Source: Trichoplax adhaerens (lineage: Eukaryota > Animalia > Placozoa). Taken from it: 64,000 nt of DNA. Positions 11,119 to 25,465 of this stretch are shown here, piece by piece (the first letter of the stretch is position 1; the number at the start of each line of letters is the position of its first letter). Under the pieces are notes generated by a model. It saw nothing but the letters and a program-made list of their open reading frames with translations. It had not been told where the DNA came from and searched no databases. Position numbers and translations under genes: made by a program. The stretch spans positions 425,643 to 489,642 of the forward strand of contig NW_002060964.1 of assembly GCF_000150275.1 (NCBI RefSeq), read 5' to 3'.

Positions 11119-13599
11119 TTATAATTTACGCCACATGACTAAAAACACTGGGAAATGGTATTCAACAATATCCTTTCCAGTGCTCTCTATCAGTGCTTCA
11201 GATATTCTAGAATAAGAGGTTTAATTTGATTAGTTAGTATAACTACTTCCTTTGTAATAGGCTTGTAAGATCTCTCTTACTTTACTTCACTTATATTTGA
11301 TCAATTTGCTAGAATTAGAAAAACACTATAACTTTCTATAGTACTTAGGACTTAAAACTAAAGTATTACTTTGCTAGTTAATACAGAAGGGATCTTAAAA
11401 TTTACGCGGCACTACAAGGCTATAAGATATTGAAACTAAATCAGTATACTGCTAATGGATTTGGCATGAAACTGTCATTGCAACGTACGGATAACTTTTT
11501 TACTCTCAATTTCGGAGCAAAGAGCTACAAGTGATTATAATATATCCAATAAATTATATAAATGATAAGTGTCGGAAAGAGATTAAGTAAATGATGTATT
11601 TTCATGCTTTACAAGCTTTTATTTACATCAGTCATAAGAATAATTGAAAAAATACTTATTTTTTAGGAGTTTTCTGCTAGTATAATTCATCTAATGAGGC
11701 ATTTTTAACACGATAATACGCATACTATAATAGTGTTAGTAAATATCAGTAGCTATCCGTTACAGTTAACTACATCCAATCCTTTCTCGAAAATTCTTTA
11801 ATTTTTAATTGACCGACTACATGAATTTGATTGAATGCCTTACACGACGATACTATAAGTGTAAGTAGTTAGACGAATCTAACTTATGTAATAAAATGAA
11901 ATTTGATAAAAAACTGTACGAGTAGATCTTGTTTTGGTTTTGAGAAGATGCTTTATCACAATGAGTTACGTAGTAAGAAAACAAGGATTATTTACTCTAA
12001 TCCTTGGCTAGATTAGAACGCTAATGTTGTAATTTGATGTAGCAATCAAAGGAACGGTAAAATGCTAAATTACAAGTATTTTCTATCCAGTGAACTTACT
12101 TTGCTCCTAACTCCGGTAATGGATCCGTCGATACATCACGTAACAATCGGTTACAAGTAGCCCATGATCGGATGAAATTGATGAATTCGTCTAATGTCAT
12201 ACTACCCTTCATAGCCATTTCATCATTCCTAATTTTATTTTTAAGTACACTATTATCTACTTACACTCTACCCTAATTTAAAAAAATAGTCTATTCCAAG
12301 TTTTATCTTATTCAGCAGTTAAACTGAACTTTACTCTGATAATTAAATTTTGTCAACTTTAATTGGAAGAATGAATAAGTGATATGGACTAATTCAAATT
12401 ATTTTAATACTATTTACTGAAGCTATAAGTTTTCTCTCAGATTGCTATCATAAAACGTGCTTTATCAATTTAAATTTATGCCTTGTAATAACAAGATCGA
12501 ATGAAAGTCGTAATTATCAAATTCCGTTATTACCTGGCATGATCTTTATACGGAAGCTCAATATGAGCATATCCATTATCATTGTACCATTTCTTCAGAA
12601 AATAGTCTTTTAAAGTTACGTTAACAAACTATGAAAATGAAAAAGTGAGAATAGTCATGAGGTCCAAGGTGATACAAGAGTATAAAACTAGCGTTTCCTA
12701 CAACGCTTATTATAGCAATATGCTGAATATAACGCTATAAACATTATGAACAAAAAATGACTACATAATTCGATGAAAAATGATCTTTAACATAAGATGG
12801 AAACTGTAAATGATGAATTGCTAGTTGATAAAATATTCTTCGCAAATATCAAGATCATCCTATACTGATATCTACGCTTATCTAACTCAATCTATCTAAA
12901 TCATAGTTTAGGTTCATATAAGATTGTCCAACATCCATAGCTGTTTGATCAATACTATATATACTCGTGTATAGAAAGTAACTTAGAATACGTGTAAAAA
13001 GTCAGTCAAACTGAATTCTTGTTTGGATAATTCAATTGCAAGCATAACAGCCACGGTAACACATAGAAGAACATTTAAGGTAAAAGAAAGCATCGATCAA
13101 TTTCTTGACTTACATGATCAAATAGTTGATTAGCCTTCTCGCTATTAGTAATAGTACACACTTTATATGCATATAAAGCTAAACAACCTCGGCCAGGTTT
13201 TAATATCCGGTCCACTTCTGCAAAAAATTTCTCTTCATCTAGGCCATGCAATGCTTGAGCACATGTCACAAGATCGACACTGTTGTCTTCACATGGCAAT
13301 TGGTAAGCTGAACCAATTTCAAATTGAACATTTTCAACTTTATTAATGCTGGATGCCTCTTCAATTTGGGAATGGCTAGCATCTAGCCCTTTAACTTGCT
13401 TAAAATACTGGCCTAAAGGTTGGGTACATAAGCCTGGTCCACAGGCGACATCAATGGCAAAATCCAACGGAGATTCCTCAACGCGTTGACGAACAAAATT
13501 GGCTATCTCTGAATAAAGTTGAGGAGGATAGGTTGGTCTAAATCGAGAATAATTTTGGGATACACCAGGAATATTAAATAAAGATGAATAAGTAGTCAT
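11119..13599 (-). CDS. Class I SAM-dependent methyltransferase (Methyltransf_11; Crg1/Tmt1-like small-molecule type), copy 1, 4 exons
   Basis: Exon 1 13599-13114 (YSRFRPTYP, motif I DVACGPG, VDLVTCAQALH, RILKPG); exon 2 about 12628-12534 (FVNVTLKDYF..GYAHIELPY); exon 3 about 12229-12101 (MTLDEFINFIRSWA); exon 4 about 11207-11119 (VEYHFPVFLVMWRKL*). Confidence 0.9.
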
Positions 13600-16500
13600 T
13601 TTGCTGCTTTTTTGGTATACTATAATAAAGTAAGTTAACCTTCACAATATAAATTGTCTACTAATTCGACAATGAGACTGACGGAAGTTTCTTTAAGGAA
13701 AATCGATAAAATAATACTAAGTAAAAAGGTCAAACTTTTAAATATCCAAATTGTGCAATCTAGTATAATCAATCATCGTGCACGATTGATTCAATTAGCA
13801 ATCAATAAAATTCTCCAATGGGAATATTGAAAAGTAGCCATCCAAAGGATTGATCTATATTAAATTGAGGCTACTATTGGTCATTTATGCCGAAATACGA
13901 TTATGGCCAATAAACCAATAAGGTAAGTGCTTTCAGTTTAATTAATAAGTAGGTAGGGTTTGATGAAATTAATGGCGAAGACATAAAAAGCAAATTGGTA
14001 AATCTCAAAGACATGCCAAAATGCACGCGCTAATAGAAAAGATGACGTCGTATTGGCTCAGCACCCTAGCTGAATTGTTCCAATGCCTAGACTGTTTAAT
14101 TCTATACGATACCATATATTAACTATCCTCAATGAAGTATACTTATTTTTTTTACGAAACTGGCATATCGATAGTAGTTTCAAGTCAGCCATAATAAAGG
14201 TTGGCTAAGAATCTTACCTAGGAGGGGGGGGGGGATGTTTACGTGCTCTTTATAGTTCGATTTTTCCCTGTATGTTGCTACAGAAAATATTCTCAACCTA
14301 GAATATCAGTGGATAAGTGACGATGAAATCAATTTCGTGAATTACTAACTTAGCTAAATGCAGCAATAGTTGCAAATTTTAAAATAATGAAATGATCTTT
14401 AAATTAATCGTGTATATAAATCGAACCGACATTAAGAAATTCGTATTTCTAATGTGAAAGTAATCTATTGTTAAGGTATGCAATATCAATGCTATCAAAC
14501 ATAATATTATCAACTGTAGAAGTAAACTCCATCTTCATTCCTAATCTTTATCAAATCTTGACCCATAGCGGTATAAAGGTGTTAAAATAGATCAGTTTCG
14601 ATAAAATTGGTTACGACTATAAAATCATATTTAAAATTAATTATTAGCCACAGAAAGCTAAATCTAATTTCTAGCATAAAAATAATAGAGCCGGTAATTT
14701 CTAACACCCCATCGGCATATCGTAATCAACAAAGATAATTTTATGACTGCATAATTGAGAGAAGCTGGAGAGATCAATAGAAATCTGTATTTAATGACAA
14801 TCATTTTATTTTTGGCTTAAATTGAATTTTAATTTTATCCAGTTACAAATGAGCGAGTTTAGGTATTCTAACTATGATTAAATCAGCAGATGGTAAAAGA
14901 GATCATAAAATTTAACGTGTCCATAGATGTCAATTTCGCATATCACTACAGAAATGATCAATTTCCTATACTATAGTACTCTCATCCTTTAACCGTTGCT
15001 ACTCTTTAGTCTAGTAATTTTAAATTTGATAGCGCAATCATGATTTCTGTCGTTCCTAAATTCAATTTTGACCGTATGCTGCTCCGCTAATTTGTCAGTT
15101 GCCACGAGTGTAAGGGTTCAAATTTTGAGTAATTTAATTTATAATGCTAGCATCACAATTGATAAAAAAGCAAAAGCCTTTATCATTGACAAGGTGATCA
15201 AATCTTTAACGAATTAAAACGAGCTATCACAAATTGGTAGTATCTATAACTACAGATTGAAAGATCTTGATAGAGTAAATCTCGTTACCGGTAATTGAGA
15301 GACAATTTAAGGCAACTTATTCGAAAGTCCCTGTTTTAATTCGAGGCCATTAGGCATAATTACCAAAAATAGAAGAGGTCGTAATCGAAATACGAGCTCT
15401 CATTCTTAACAGTGTGATGTATAACTTGAATTAATAATTGAAGATATATATTAATTAAGCATCATAGTTCTGTATGTATAAGAACGTAATCGTATCATAA
15501 CAAAAATAAAAGCCGCATTTAATGGGTAATTTACGATTAGAACCTAGACAAAATAATATATTAATTACTTATAGAATTTTTTATGATGCTAAACTGCAAT
15601 TTGTAACAGTCTAATAAATGAAAATACTTCAATTCTTTACTATGGCAATAATTAGATTAAAAGTAGATATAGAATTACCTTATAATTACGCAATCTACTC
15701 GATATACTAGGTGGTGCAACTAGAATGCTAAAAACTATGTTTAGTTTTGTCTATTTGGTATGATTTCTTATTCTTATTCTATTGCCGATATAATTGTCAT
15801 TATGTTTTGATTGATTCCATGAAATTATTACTTTAGAAATTACCGTGTTTTTTCTAAAAGAACCAGTAATTAACAAATATCCAGAGGCCACAAAGGTTTG
15901 ATTTTTATAATTGTTTTCAATATTATGTAATATTACACATTAGTTTATGTTGAGCGTAACTGCTAAGCGGCCTATTAATTTACGTACATTGGTATTTTAT
16001 GGTTACCTAAGACTATTTAGCGAAGGTTGTGGCTTCTTGAATTGTCAAAAGATTACAACCATGTCGAAATAGCTAATAAAACAGCTAAAAAAGCAAAGTT
16101 GCAACTCAAGAGATGATGGATACACAAAGGTAGAATTCAAGGCGACAGAACAGATTTTCGTAGTAATGATTAATAATCTAATTATGCTCTAAAACTCTGC
16201 ATTCATTTAGATTGTTCAATCATTTAAGGACTACATAATTCAATTATTGTGCGACCGGCAACCTTCCCTCACACGCTACATTTGAAGATTCGAATTGCAC
16301 GTGATTGCCATTTTTACCTTAGTCTGTAGTCTTTAATCATTCGCTGTCGAAATTGACCCTGATTGCAAACGTAATGTCGTAAAGTAATAAATTTAGCTTC
16401 CATATGGTGCAATCATACCATAATGATTACTAATGTAAAAGTTTGCTACAATAATGCAATATTAGAATCTATGATTAGCGATAGAAATACTGATGTACGT

Positions 16501-16661
16501 CTATGCTTTGATCTTCAAAACCTTTAGATTACGTTTATTTATCAAAACGATTACCCAAATAATCACATTTGGTAAAGCATAAGCTCTATATCCCTTTTTG
16601 CTATCCTAAAAATATTGTTCATTTAAATTTTTTAATTTATAAATGCTTGAAAAATACTATC

Positions 16662-19600
16662 ATGACTGTAGAAGATAATTCTAATCAGCCAATTATTGAA
16701 GAAAAAATTTTATTGGAAAAAAGAAGAGTACCTAAAGACAGGTAATGATGTCTGTCATATCTTGGTAATTATTTTGTTATTTATCACATACGTGAAATCA
16801 TAAGTTGAACAGTCTCCATTCAGTTCTCTTTCTATGCTCGTTGATATCTAATAAAAGTCAAATTAATAAATTTCTCCATCGGCAATTATTCTCTTGACTA
16901 GATACAATTAGATACTTTAAAGTTTATTTCGAATAAAGTATGCTAACACCATAATTACTAAATCCATGAGATAACACTCGATCACGAATATTCTAAGTTG
17001 TAGAAAATTAGAACTTTATTAGATCTAATGTAAAGACTAGCTACACACAGCTCTACTCTAGCCAAATACAACTACCGAAAGACTTCTAGAAAGAACAACC
17101 ATAAAATGTAATGTCTCCTGCTTTTATACTCTCCGTAGCTTTCGCAGCTACAATCAGCATAGCAGCTTTCTACCATAATTTACACATAGTCAAATTATTA
17201 GTAACAACATTTTATATCGGACCATCATTAATCCGATACGGAAACAACTACAGCATCTCGGTAGATATTATTCTTAGCAGTCAAAGTACGGTAAACTAAG
17301 CATATCTTAATATATGAATTACTGTTCTATTTTTACTTCTAGCTTTAATAGTAGCTAAACACCTTACTATATATAGTCATTTGTACTGTAGCATAGAATC
17401 TACTATTACAGTCCATAGCAGCGAACTACCAAATACGTCTTAAGATAAATATAGAAAGATGCGCTTCTGTACATCTTACTAAACATAGCTAAAAGTCTAC
17501 AATCAAAATACTGAGTTTCGTTACACTCCGATATGATAGAAAATAATTGTTTCAGTTTGAAGATCTATCCCAGTCTTGATTGATAATTGTCTACGAGTAT
17601 ACGGATAAGATCGCATAAACATTAAGCATTATTTTAAGGCTAAAAAAAATAGATAAGTAGCAGTAGATTCAGAATGATAATCACATAAATTGAATCTATT
17701 AAAGCGTTGAATTTATATGGTATTATAAAGAACGGAATGCAATAAAAATTGTTATAAATTCACATATCATTCTAATTAATATACCGTCTTACAGCAAAAA
17801 TTTGTTAAAAATATCTTCAAAACTTTTCCTCGAACTTAGTATGGAATATCGGATAAAATCGGATCTTAAAACATTAAAATTTCTAATTAGAATAGAATTG
17901 CTATTTTTAGTAACTTTACTTTGCGTAAATGCGATATCGAGTCTTAAAACTGATAAAATGGGTGATTAGTCTTAAAATCCAGACTATGAAACTGAATATT
18001 TTAATTATTAGTCTCAATAAATGATTTTTCTTTATTTTTATGCAGATTTCATCTGGTTTATATACTATTTTTTATCCTGGGTAATGCTAGTTCTCTTCCA
18101 ATTCATATATTTATGACTGCTGAAGCGGTATGTAGGATTAGTCACTGATCACGATAAGATTTGACTTTTAGCAGATTTTTTATTTGAATAGTTATAATTC
18201 AAGAATCAACAAGTGTTCATTGAAAACTAGTTTTTATATTTAATTCTTCATTAGTATTATTCTGTCAAGCTGAAAGGAACTCCATATCAATATAACTTTG
18301 AAAATTATATTATAGTAGCATACTCAATTTCAACTATTTTCGCCTCAGCAGCTAATTTGCGATTACTTAAATCGTAAGTATAAGCGTAGCTATAATAAAT
18401 AAGTAATGCGCTGTCGCAAATAAACAATCAGGTCTACATAATTTCATGCTTTAGTGGATTGTATGAAATAAAGCATTAGCTATTTCATAATAGCTTGCCA
18501 ACACTATTGCTACTAAGCCTTTAGTAAGCACCAAAGACTGTATTTATTATTTTGACTACAATGCTATTTTCTTAGTAGTGGGCTAAGTATCACACTTTTA
18601 CCGTATACTAAATAGATGATATGAAATAATTAACATAAAGTATTGATATACCATATAAATATAGATTGTTCTATCTTATTAATAACTGAAATAGCATAAA
18701 GAATATGCAAAATTTTATTTCATTTATTGATAGATAAGTTATAGTAATTGAAATCCTTGGTAAATTTTGACTGCAATAATCAAGCGTATCAAAGAATAAT
18801 CATGTCTTTTTTATTCTAGGATAAATGTCAAGCACCGAATGATATTTGGCTTAATAGTTTTAACTATATCTTTCATTTTTACTGCTTTTATGTCTAAACT
18901 GGACACCACAAATTGTAAGAAGATGATTGGATTCGTCTTTACATTTCTGATAACCACTCATAGTAGTTAAAATAATTAATGAAAATTACGTTTTTCCAGT
19001 TCAATGTTGTAGTGTCGCATTACTGCCAATAGAGATTAAGAGTTACTTGATCAAAAACATTATTGCTACTTAGTGATATCTTAAATATACTGTTAACGAA
19101 CAGCAGCAGCTGTGTACGAATGGGTTGCGATTATGTTCAGTATTTTAGGTGGACTTTAAGACAAACAAATAATTTTTATTCACTCTGATAGGGAAAATTA
19201 CATTCTTTGCTCTGACCATTATAACCGTCATTCTTACTGGTTGTAAGTGAAAAATTCTTAGAGTAACACATTACGGTAGTTAAATCATTTAATAGCTGAT
19301 GAAGTCGATCTTATAATGAAATGAAAGATTTGAAATTGTTGAATTAGAGTTGCAATCTCAATTATATGTTATGACTATCCTATTTTTGTGTATATACAGT
19401 GTTTGGAAATTCTATGTATCAATCTAGTCTTTATGGATTAGTTGGTGTATTTCCCAAGAACTATAGTCAAGCTGTTCAGTGTGGTCAGGTATTGTGGAGA
19501 CCAATACTTAACTTTTTCGTAAAATATAGTATTTCTAAAATTAATATAAATATTGTAAATATAACTATAATTAGCATCGAAATATGCATATTTACTGGTG

Positions 19601-22120
19601 TATAATGTATGATTCAGTAACGAAGAAGTTTTTATACGGAATATTACGATATGAAAGTGGCAATAGAACTAGCGTTGGAATAATGAGTATAGCTATTATT
19701 ATAATAATTTAGTAAAATTTTTATTATGTTTCATCTCGAATAAAATACCAGTATGCAAATACAGCTCTTTTTCAAATATATGCAATTATAGGATAGAAAA
19801 TTATACTTAATTTATAGATACATAGGCAATAAAATTTTGAAAAATATAGGCACAAATATATGTAAACAGAAGTGTAACAATAATACAGTATAATAAATTT
19901 GGTTAGTTTCTTTTGAGGTCGTTATAACATTTATTTCAATCACGATATTTTATAGGCTTTATCGGCGATTCTTACCGCTTTAGCAAGCATTATTTCCCTG
20001 ATCGGTATGTCCTATATCGGCTTATAGAGAGTCAAAATTAAGGAATAAATATACCAAAGATAGACTTTTAATAACAGAAAACAGTCTTTATAAATTGATA
20101 GATTTTAATAATGCTGCAATCATCTTTGCTCTAGTTGGGAAATCTGTTTATGATAGTGGACTTGGTTATTTTTCCAGTGGTGTTGTTCTTCTTATGCTTT
20201 GTATGTGCATTCAATTTCTCCTTGGAAGGGTGGTAAGCTGGGCATGATATTGCTGCTTCCTTTAATTATACAAAATGAATTTTAGATAATTAATCATTCC
20301 GTAATATATTCTTTTCCATTAAAATAGGAATTCGCGAAGTATTATATGCGAAATTTAGAGTGCGGTACTTTATAAAAATTATCTACTATTAATAAAAATA
20401 ATATATGAGTAAATAAGTTATAATAAATCTTCTTATAAGATAAAGAATGATCTTACAAATTTAATTTTAAAGGTAAGAAAACCGTAGAAAAAATTACCTT
20501 AATTGAAGAAGATGGTGAGGAAATGGACGAAGAAATTAAGCCGATGTATAATCGAAAGCTGAGCAACTACCAAAGGATAAATTACGTCTTTAAAGAGGTT
20601 AGGATAAAGATCCATTCTATTTTTTATGCATTTTGGCAATTTCAATACGTAGTTGTAATATCTAATTCAATGATAGACTTGGCCAACAACTGTCGCATTA
20701 TTCACCTGCTACACCGTAACCTATACAGTCTATCCAGCAATTTGTTCTCGTGTTGCATCCGTTGATAGGGGTGATAATGACTTATTTACAGGTATATTAA
20801 TGGATCTTGGCTTAAAATTTAAGCCTGCAATTATAAGTTATGCCTTCAACTATCAAACTCTGCTATTAAATGGCCTTGAAATAAAATGAATTATCAACGC
20901 AGGCCTGATAGTATCGCATTATCCTCTACGGGATATACGTAGTTTAAAATTTTTAAAATTTTAAATCTGCCTTCTAAATGAAATAAAAAAAAATCTTTGC
21001 AAAACTATTTTATATAAGAGTTATGGAGATAAAAATTAATGTGACATTGGTATAAATTATAAATAATAAAGCATATTGATCGGCTGGTTCGGATGTTTTA
21101 AAGCAATTAATTCAAATATTTACCGTGCTAAAGTCTTATCGCACAGTTTCCGATCATGCAATATAAAGTACTATCAACTCTATTAATCCGTACTACAATA
21201 ATTAACGAATGTTCCAATAGAAATACAACAAACTAAAATTTTCTGAGATAATCAGTTTAGATGAAGTAACAACAGCCTTCACTTTTGTTTCGACTATAAT
21301 TTGCATTATAATGAGATTATCATCTATCGGTCAATATGGTGTAAAACGGCAATTTTTATATTTTTCGTTTTAACTTTTAGGTAAATTATATATTCCGATA
21401 ACGACATTTCTATTGTTTGCTACTGCTGATATGGTAGGAAGGACAATCTCTGTTTGGGTATTATGGGTGAGTACGTTAAAATCAACTGAGATCTCATTGA
21501 AATAAATGGATTTAGGATTAATCATTTGTATTGCTGATGAAAATACGTAGCTCAGATTTATCTTCTGAATCTTTTTAGCCTAGCGCCAAAAGAGGGATAA
21601 CCTTAATGATATTATCTCTTGGTAGAATTATTTTTATTCCTTTAATCTTTTACTGCAATGCTCAACCAAGGAGGAAATCGATACCAGTATTAATTCCCAA
21701 CGATGCTGCCTATGTATTGATCATTACACTATTCGCATTAAGTCATGGGTACATTAAAGCAATAGGAGTAATGCATGCACCAATGTGAGTTGTCTTGGAA
21801 TGACTCTCATTTAAATCTATCATGAAATTATTGCTTTTTGTATAGCAATATTCGTAAATTAGGAAGTAGTAAATTTATGGGTTTTTTTATCCTACATTTA
21901 TTAGAATTGCATTGATATAAAATTGTTTTACTTTAAAGGCAAATTTTTTAAGTTTTAAGTCATTGATCACTTTTACCTTACCATGAATCAATTCTTTCAT
22001 AACAGGCGTGTTAACTCAAGTTATCGTGAATCTGCAGGATCTATGTCCTATTTTGCAATAGTTTCTGGTTTTGGTATAGGATCAGCGCTATCTTTCCTTG
22101 TGGCTGCTGTACTTTATTGA
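16662..22120 (+). CDS. Equilibrative nucleoside transporter copy ENT-b, with N-terminal acidic dileucine motif (ENT3-like)
   Basis: Exon 1 MTVEDNSNQPIIEEKILLEKRRVPKD(R) at 16662-16741; exon 2 from 18046 FHLVYILFFILGNASSLPIHIFMTAEA; FGNSMYQSSLYGLVGVFP; FATADMVGRTIS; LSHGYIKAIGVMHAP; last exon ESAGSMSYFAIVSGFGIGSALSFLVAAVLY*. Confidence 0.9.
16967..17525 (-). mobile_element. Old solo LTR (family A) in intron 1 of ENT-b
   Basis: Diverged homolog of 46466-47013 in reverse orientation, alignable at both termini and across most of its length (TGAGAT...GTTACA). Flanks ATCCA and CTCCG are at best a decayed 5-bp TSD. Confidence 0.7.
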
Positions 22121-22679
22121 TGAGCAGAATTTGAAGTAGATAAATACGTTTATTTGTGATTGCTCTGCTGTGTTATAACTGTTGTACCGTTATAAATTTG
22201 TAGATTAGTGTATTTTTTATATCGAATAAAGGTATGCAAATTATTATGATTAGTGCATCACTTTAATGATCTAAATGATCTTGCGGTTGTAGTGTGCTAC
22301 AGTATTTCTAAATTGTAAGTAGAAAGAGTAAAGGTAAAGAAATAAGCAATTTTTGGCTAATCGTATTAAATTATGGAAATTTTAGCCAATCAAATTAGAT
22401 TATAACTTTATTTATATGCATCTTTTAGCAATTCCATAGATGATATGCTGTAATTTATTTTACTGTATGGGCATTTCATAATTATAATCCACAATAATTG
22501 TGTAAAGAAATTATGACATTTAATCGAAATTGTGTAAACATTTGAACTATTTTGCGCAGTTACATGTTTTGAAATGGGCTAGTAAATATGAGAAAAGCTT
22601 ATGCTATAGATTAGTTAGCCGTGATTCATAAATTAAGTACAGGCTATAACTGGAATGATGAAACAGCGCACATTAACTA

Positions 22680-23090
22680 TGTGCAATATGCACATAAACA
22701 GCTATAAGTAAGAAAGAGGAATATTAAAATCTTAATTCATGAGCGTGAATAAGACCAACAATAAAGCTATCAATCTACTCAAGCTATCGGTAACAAAGTA
22801 ATTCTAAAAGAAGATAGAAGGGTAATAAAATCTTATTCACTAGCGTGAATAACATTAATAGTTAAAGCTATTAACCTAATCAAGATGTTGATAATATAGT
22901 AATTTTAAATAAAGAAATAGCAGCAATTGTCTTTCTTTACCAGTGCACGTAAGATTAGTAGTTGAGCTATCAATCTACTCAAAATAATCGAGAACATAGC
23001 AATTGTAAAGAAGAAAAAAGAGCAATAAGACCTTAATTTCCGATCGCAAATAAGATCAATAATTTAGTTATTATTTACCTTCTCAACATA
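22680..23090. repeat. Degenerate tandem repeat, about 95-100 bp x 3-4
   Basis: Recurrent AGCTATCAATCTACTCAA..ATCG..AACA.AG.AATT and GCGTGAATAA motifs with roughly 100-bp periodicity at the 3' end of the ENT pseudogene. Confidence 0.65.
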
Positions 23091-23159
23091 ATTGGCAATT
23101 GAGTACATTTCTACATGTATCTGTATATTCCCTATAGAAAGATTGATAATATGGATTAC

Positions 23160-25465
23160 CTGTAAAACCCATGCAGCAAGAACTTCACCTAAGAAGTCTG
23201 ACACACTGAATGCAAGAAATACTACTAATGGAATAAAGAATTTATCTAAAGCATAAAATAAAGTTATAAGATCTGTGACATAATCTTGAACTTATAAGGT
23301 TTTATTAAAATAATAGTCGCATTTTTTATTTCATTTCTACTGCAAATAAGGTCTAAGAGCCTAATTAATTTTGTCGTTATGATTCTTAAAAACGTAGCTG
23401 AAGATGAATATCTCTTACGAGTAATTTTATAATCAGGAGCAGCTTGTGATGACTGGGCTAAAACTAGTAGAGCTGGATAGATGGTTGCCGTTATAGCAAA
23501 AGCCAAGAGAACCGACATAGCAACTGGCCAAATCTGCGGTAAAACCAGCAGACGTAACTATTTAATCAATTCTTAGTAATCCTTTTATTATTACTATTTA
23601 ATGATTTTGAAATAATGAGAAGGATAAGAAGCAATTCCAATTCATTATTATCTACTCTGTAAAATTCCAACCTTTTTCCAAATGTTGAGCAAATATTGAA
23701 GATTTCCAAAGGTACTGGTTCCTGTTTCCGTTATGACAGCATCTTTGGATTATTCGCCAGCGTCTTTTTGTGTTAAATTTATAGCACTTCCTGTTGAGAT
23801 AAAATTAGTTGAATTAAAGCATCAGCAACACAAGGGACGATGTCACTATAGTATTTAGTAACGGTATGATGTCAGTAAGAAATGAGCAATCTTACCATAT
23901 TCTAAATTTTTCATGTAGTATCGTGAAAATTTCTGTAAGATACATTTCAGAAATACGAAATCCCTGCTAAGTTTCGTTAAAAAATTAAAATAAATTTCGA
24001 TATCTCTTAAATAAATATAGTTTATTGACTGAAGGCTTTGATAGGCTGATCATCCTTTTAAGAATACTATACGATGAAAAGCAGATAAAAAGGACAGCTA
24101 CTCCACAGCAAAAGATATCCAAGTGCACTATCGTAAGGATTATCGGTAGTTATAATTTACCAGAAATCAACAAGAATAAGCATAAACAAGCTACATCATT
24201 GACTAAACCCTATTAATACTATATCGTCAAATAAAGATAGACTGAGATAAAGCATTCTTCAATTTCGTAAATAGAAAAAGCAAGCTTACCTGCCAGGGAA
24301 ATCGAGCTAACCATGGCTGCAAATATGTTTGCAGTAGCCTGACGTTGATAAAATACTGATTAATCAGTCATAAAGTTTTTAAATAATCATCATGAGTAAA
24401 TCTATTCATTTCTCCATCTTATGGCGGAAAATTAGATTTTATCGTTCATAAATTCTTTAATGTGCGCAATATTGGTTACTCTTAACCTGTCCAGTAATCA
24501 CAGTCTGTAAATAATGCCCAGGAAAAACGCCAGCTAATCCGAATAAGCTTGCTGTATAAATAGCTGAACCAAAGGCTGATCGTAATAGCAAAGATGGAGA
24601 AAGATTGAATATCAGATATAAATGGCATTTGTTACCTTAGTAAAGGTGAATGATAATATTGAGATTGTGTCACATTCTGTAATAGTTACATAATTAGTAT
24701 GTTACCTTCTTTCTATATATGGTTAAATATCACGATGTTATCACGTCATGCGTATATAGATGTAGTTATGGTACTATATTAAGGTTATCTAAATATGTAT
24801 TCTCATGTTGCCATACTTGGTATGATATTCTATTTGCAATGTCTAAACTAGGGAAACCTTTCTGTTAGTGATGATCTTGTGACCTACGTCAGTAGATCAA
24901 AGGTCACAATAAAGAAAGTATATAAACTCTTTAATTTAACAATAAAGTTAGTTCTTCAACTTAATTGCTGGGTCTCCTTGCTGAGTGCAGATCTAGTACT
25001 TGTTACAAAATTTGGAAGTTGTAACAGATTGCTATTAGAAAAAGTACAAGATTATTCTTACCATTCATGACTACTTCCGCGGCTAAAGTAACAAAAAACA
25101 GTTTCTTTCCCTATCATATGGAAATGAAAATCTAACGTCAATCCTCTATTACCGATAGATCTTAGCCTCTTTATGGTACCTCAGGCTGTTTAATCACCTA
25201 GAAGTAATACTGTATTCTTATAAAATTGGATTATTATAGGAAATGCAGTTATCATCCAACTTAGAATAGAAGTATTTAAATAATTTCGGCAACGAAAAAT
25301 GGAGAAATAAATGAAGCAATCGTTATTAAAGATACGACTGTATTAATAAAATAAATCTGAACTCTTAAATTTAGAGGTATCAATTTTAACTAGAACTGCG
25401 ATGAAATAAATAACAAAATCATAACCATTGAAAATGACATTAAGGGAGTTTTAAGGTGAAATCTG
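23160..25465 (-). pseudogene. ENT pseudogene (inverted copy; 5' exons not found, 3' exons replaced by a tandem repeat)
   Basis: Recognisable exons AFGSAIYTASLFGLAGVFPGHYLQTVITGQ, NPYDSALGY, IWPVAMSVLLAFAITATIYP and KFFIPLVVFLAFSVSDFLG. Disablements: +1 frameshift near 24115, in-frame TAA at about 23750, and a frameshift plus lost donor in the exon at about 25370-25462. Confidence 0.8.

Noticed and set aside
14224-14234. G11 homopolymer between methyltransferase 1 and ENT-b
   Set aside because: A single short run, insufficient to claim a G-quadruplex or any function.
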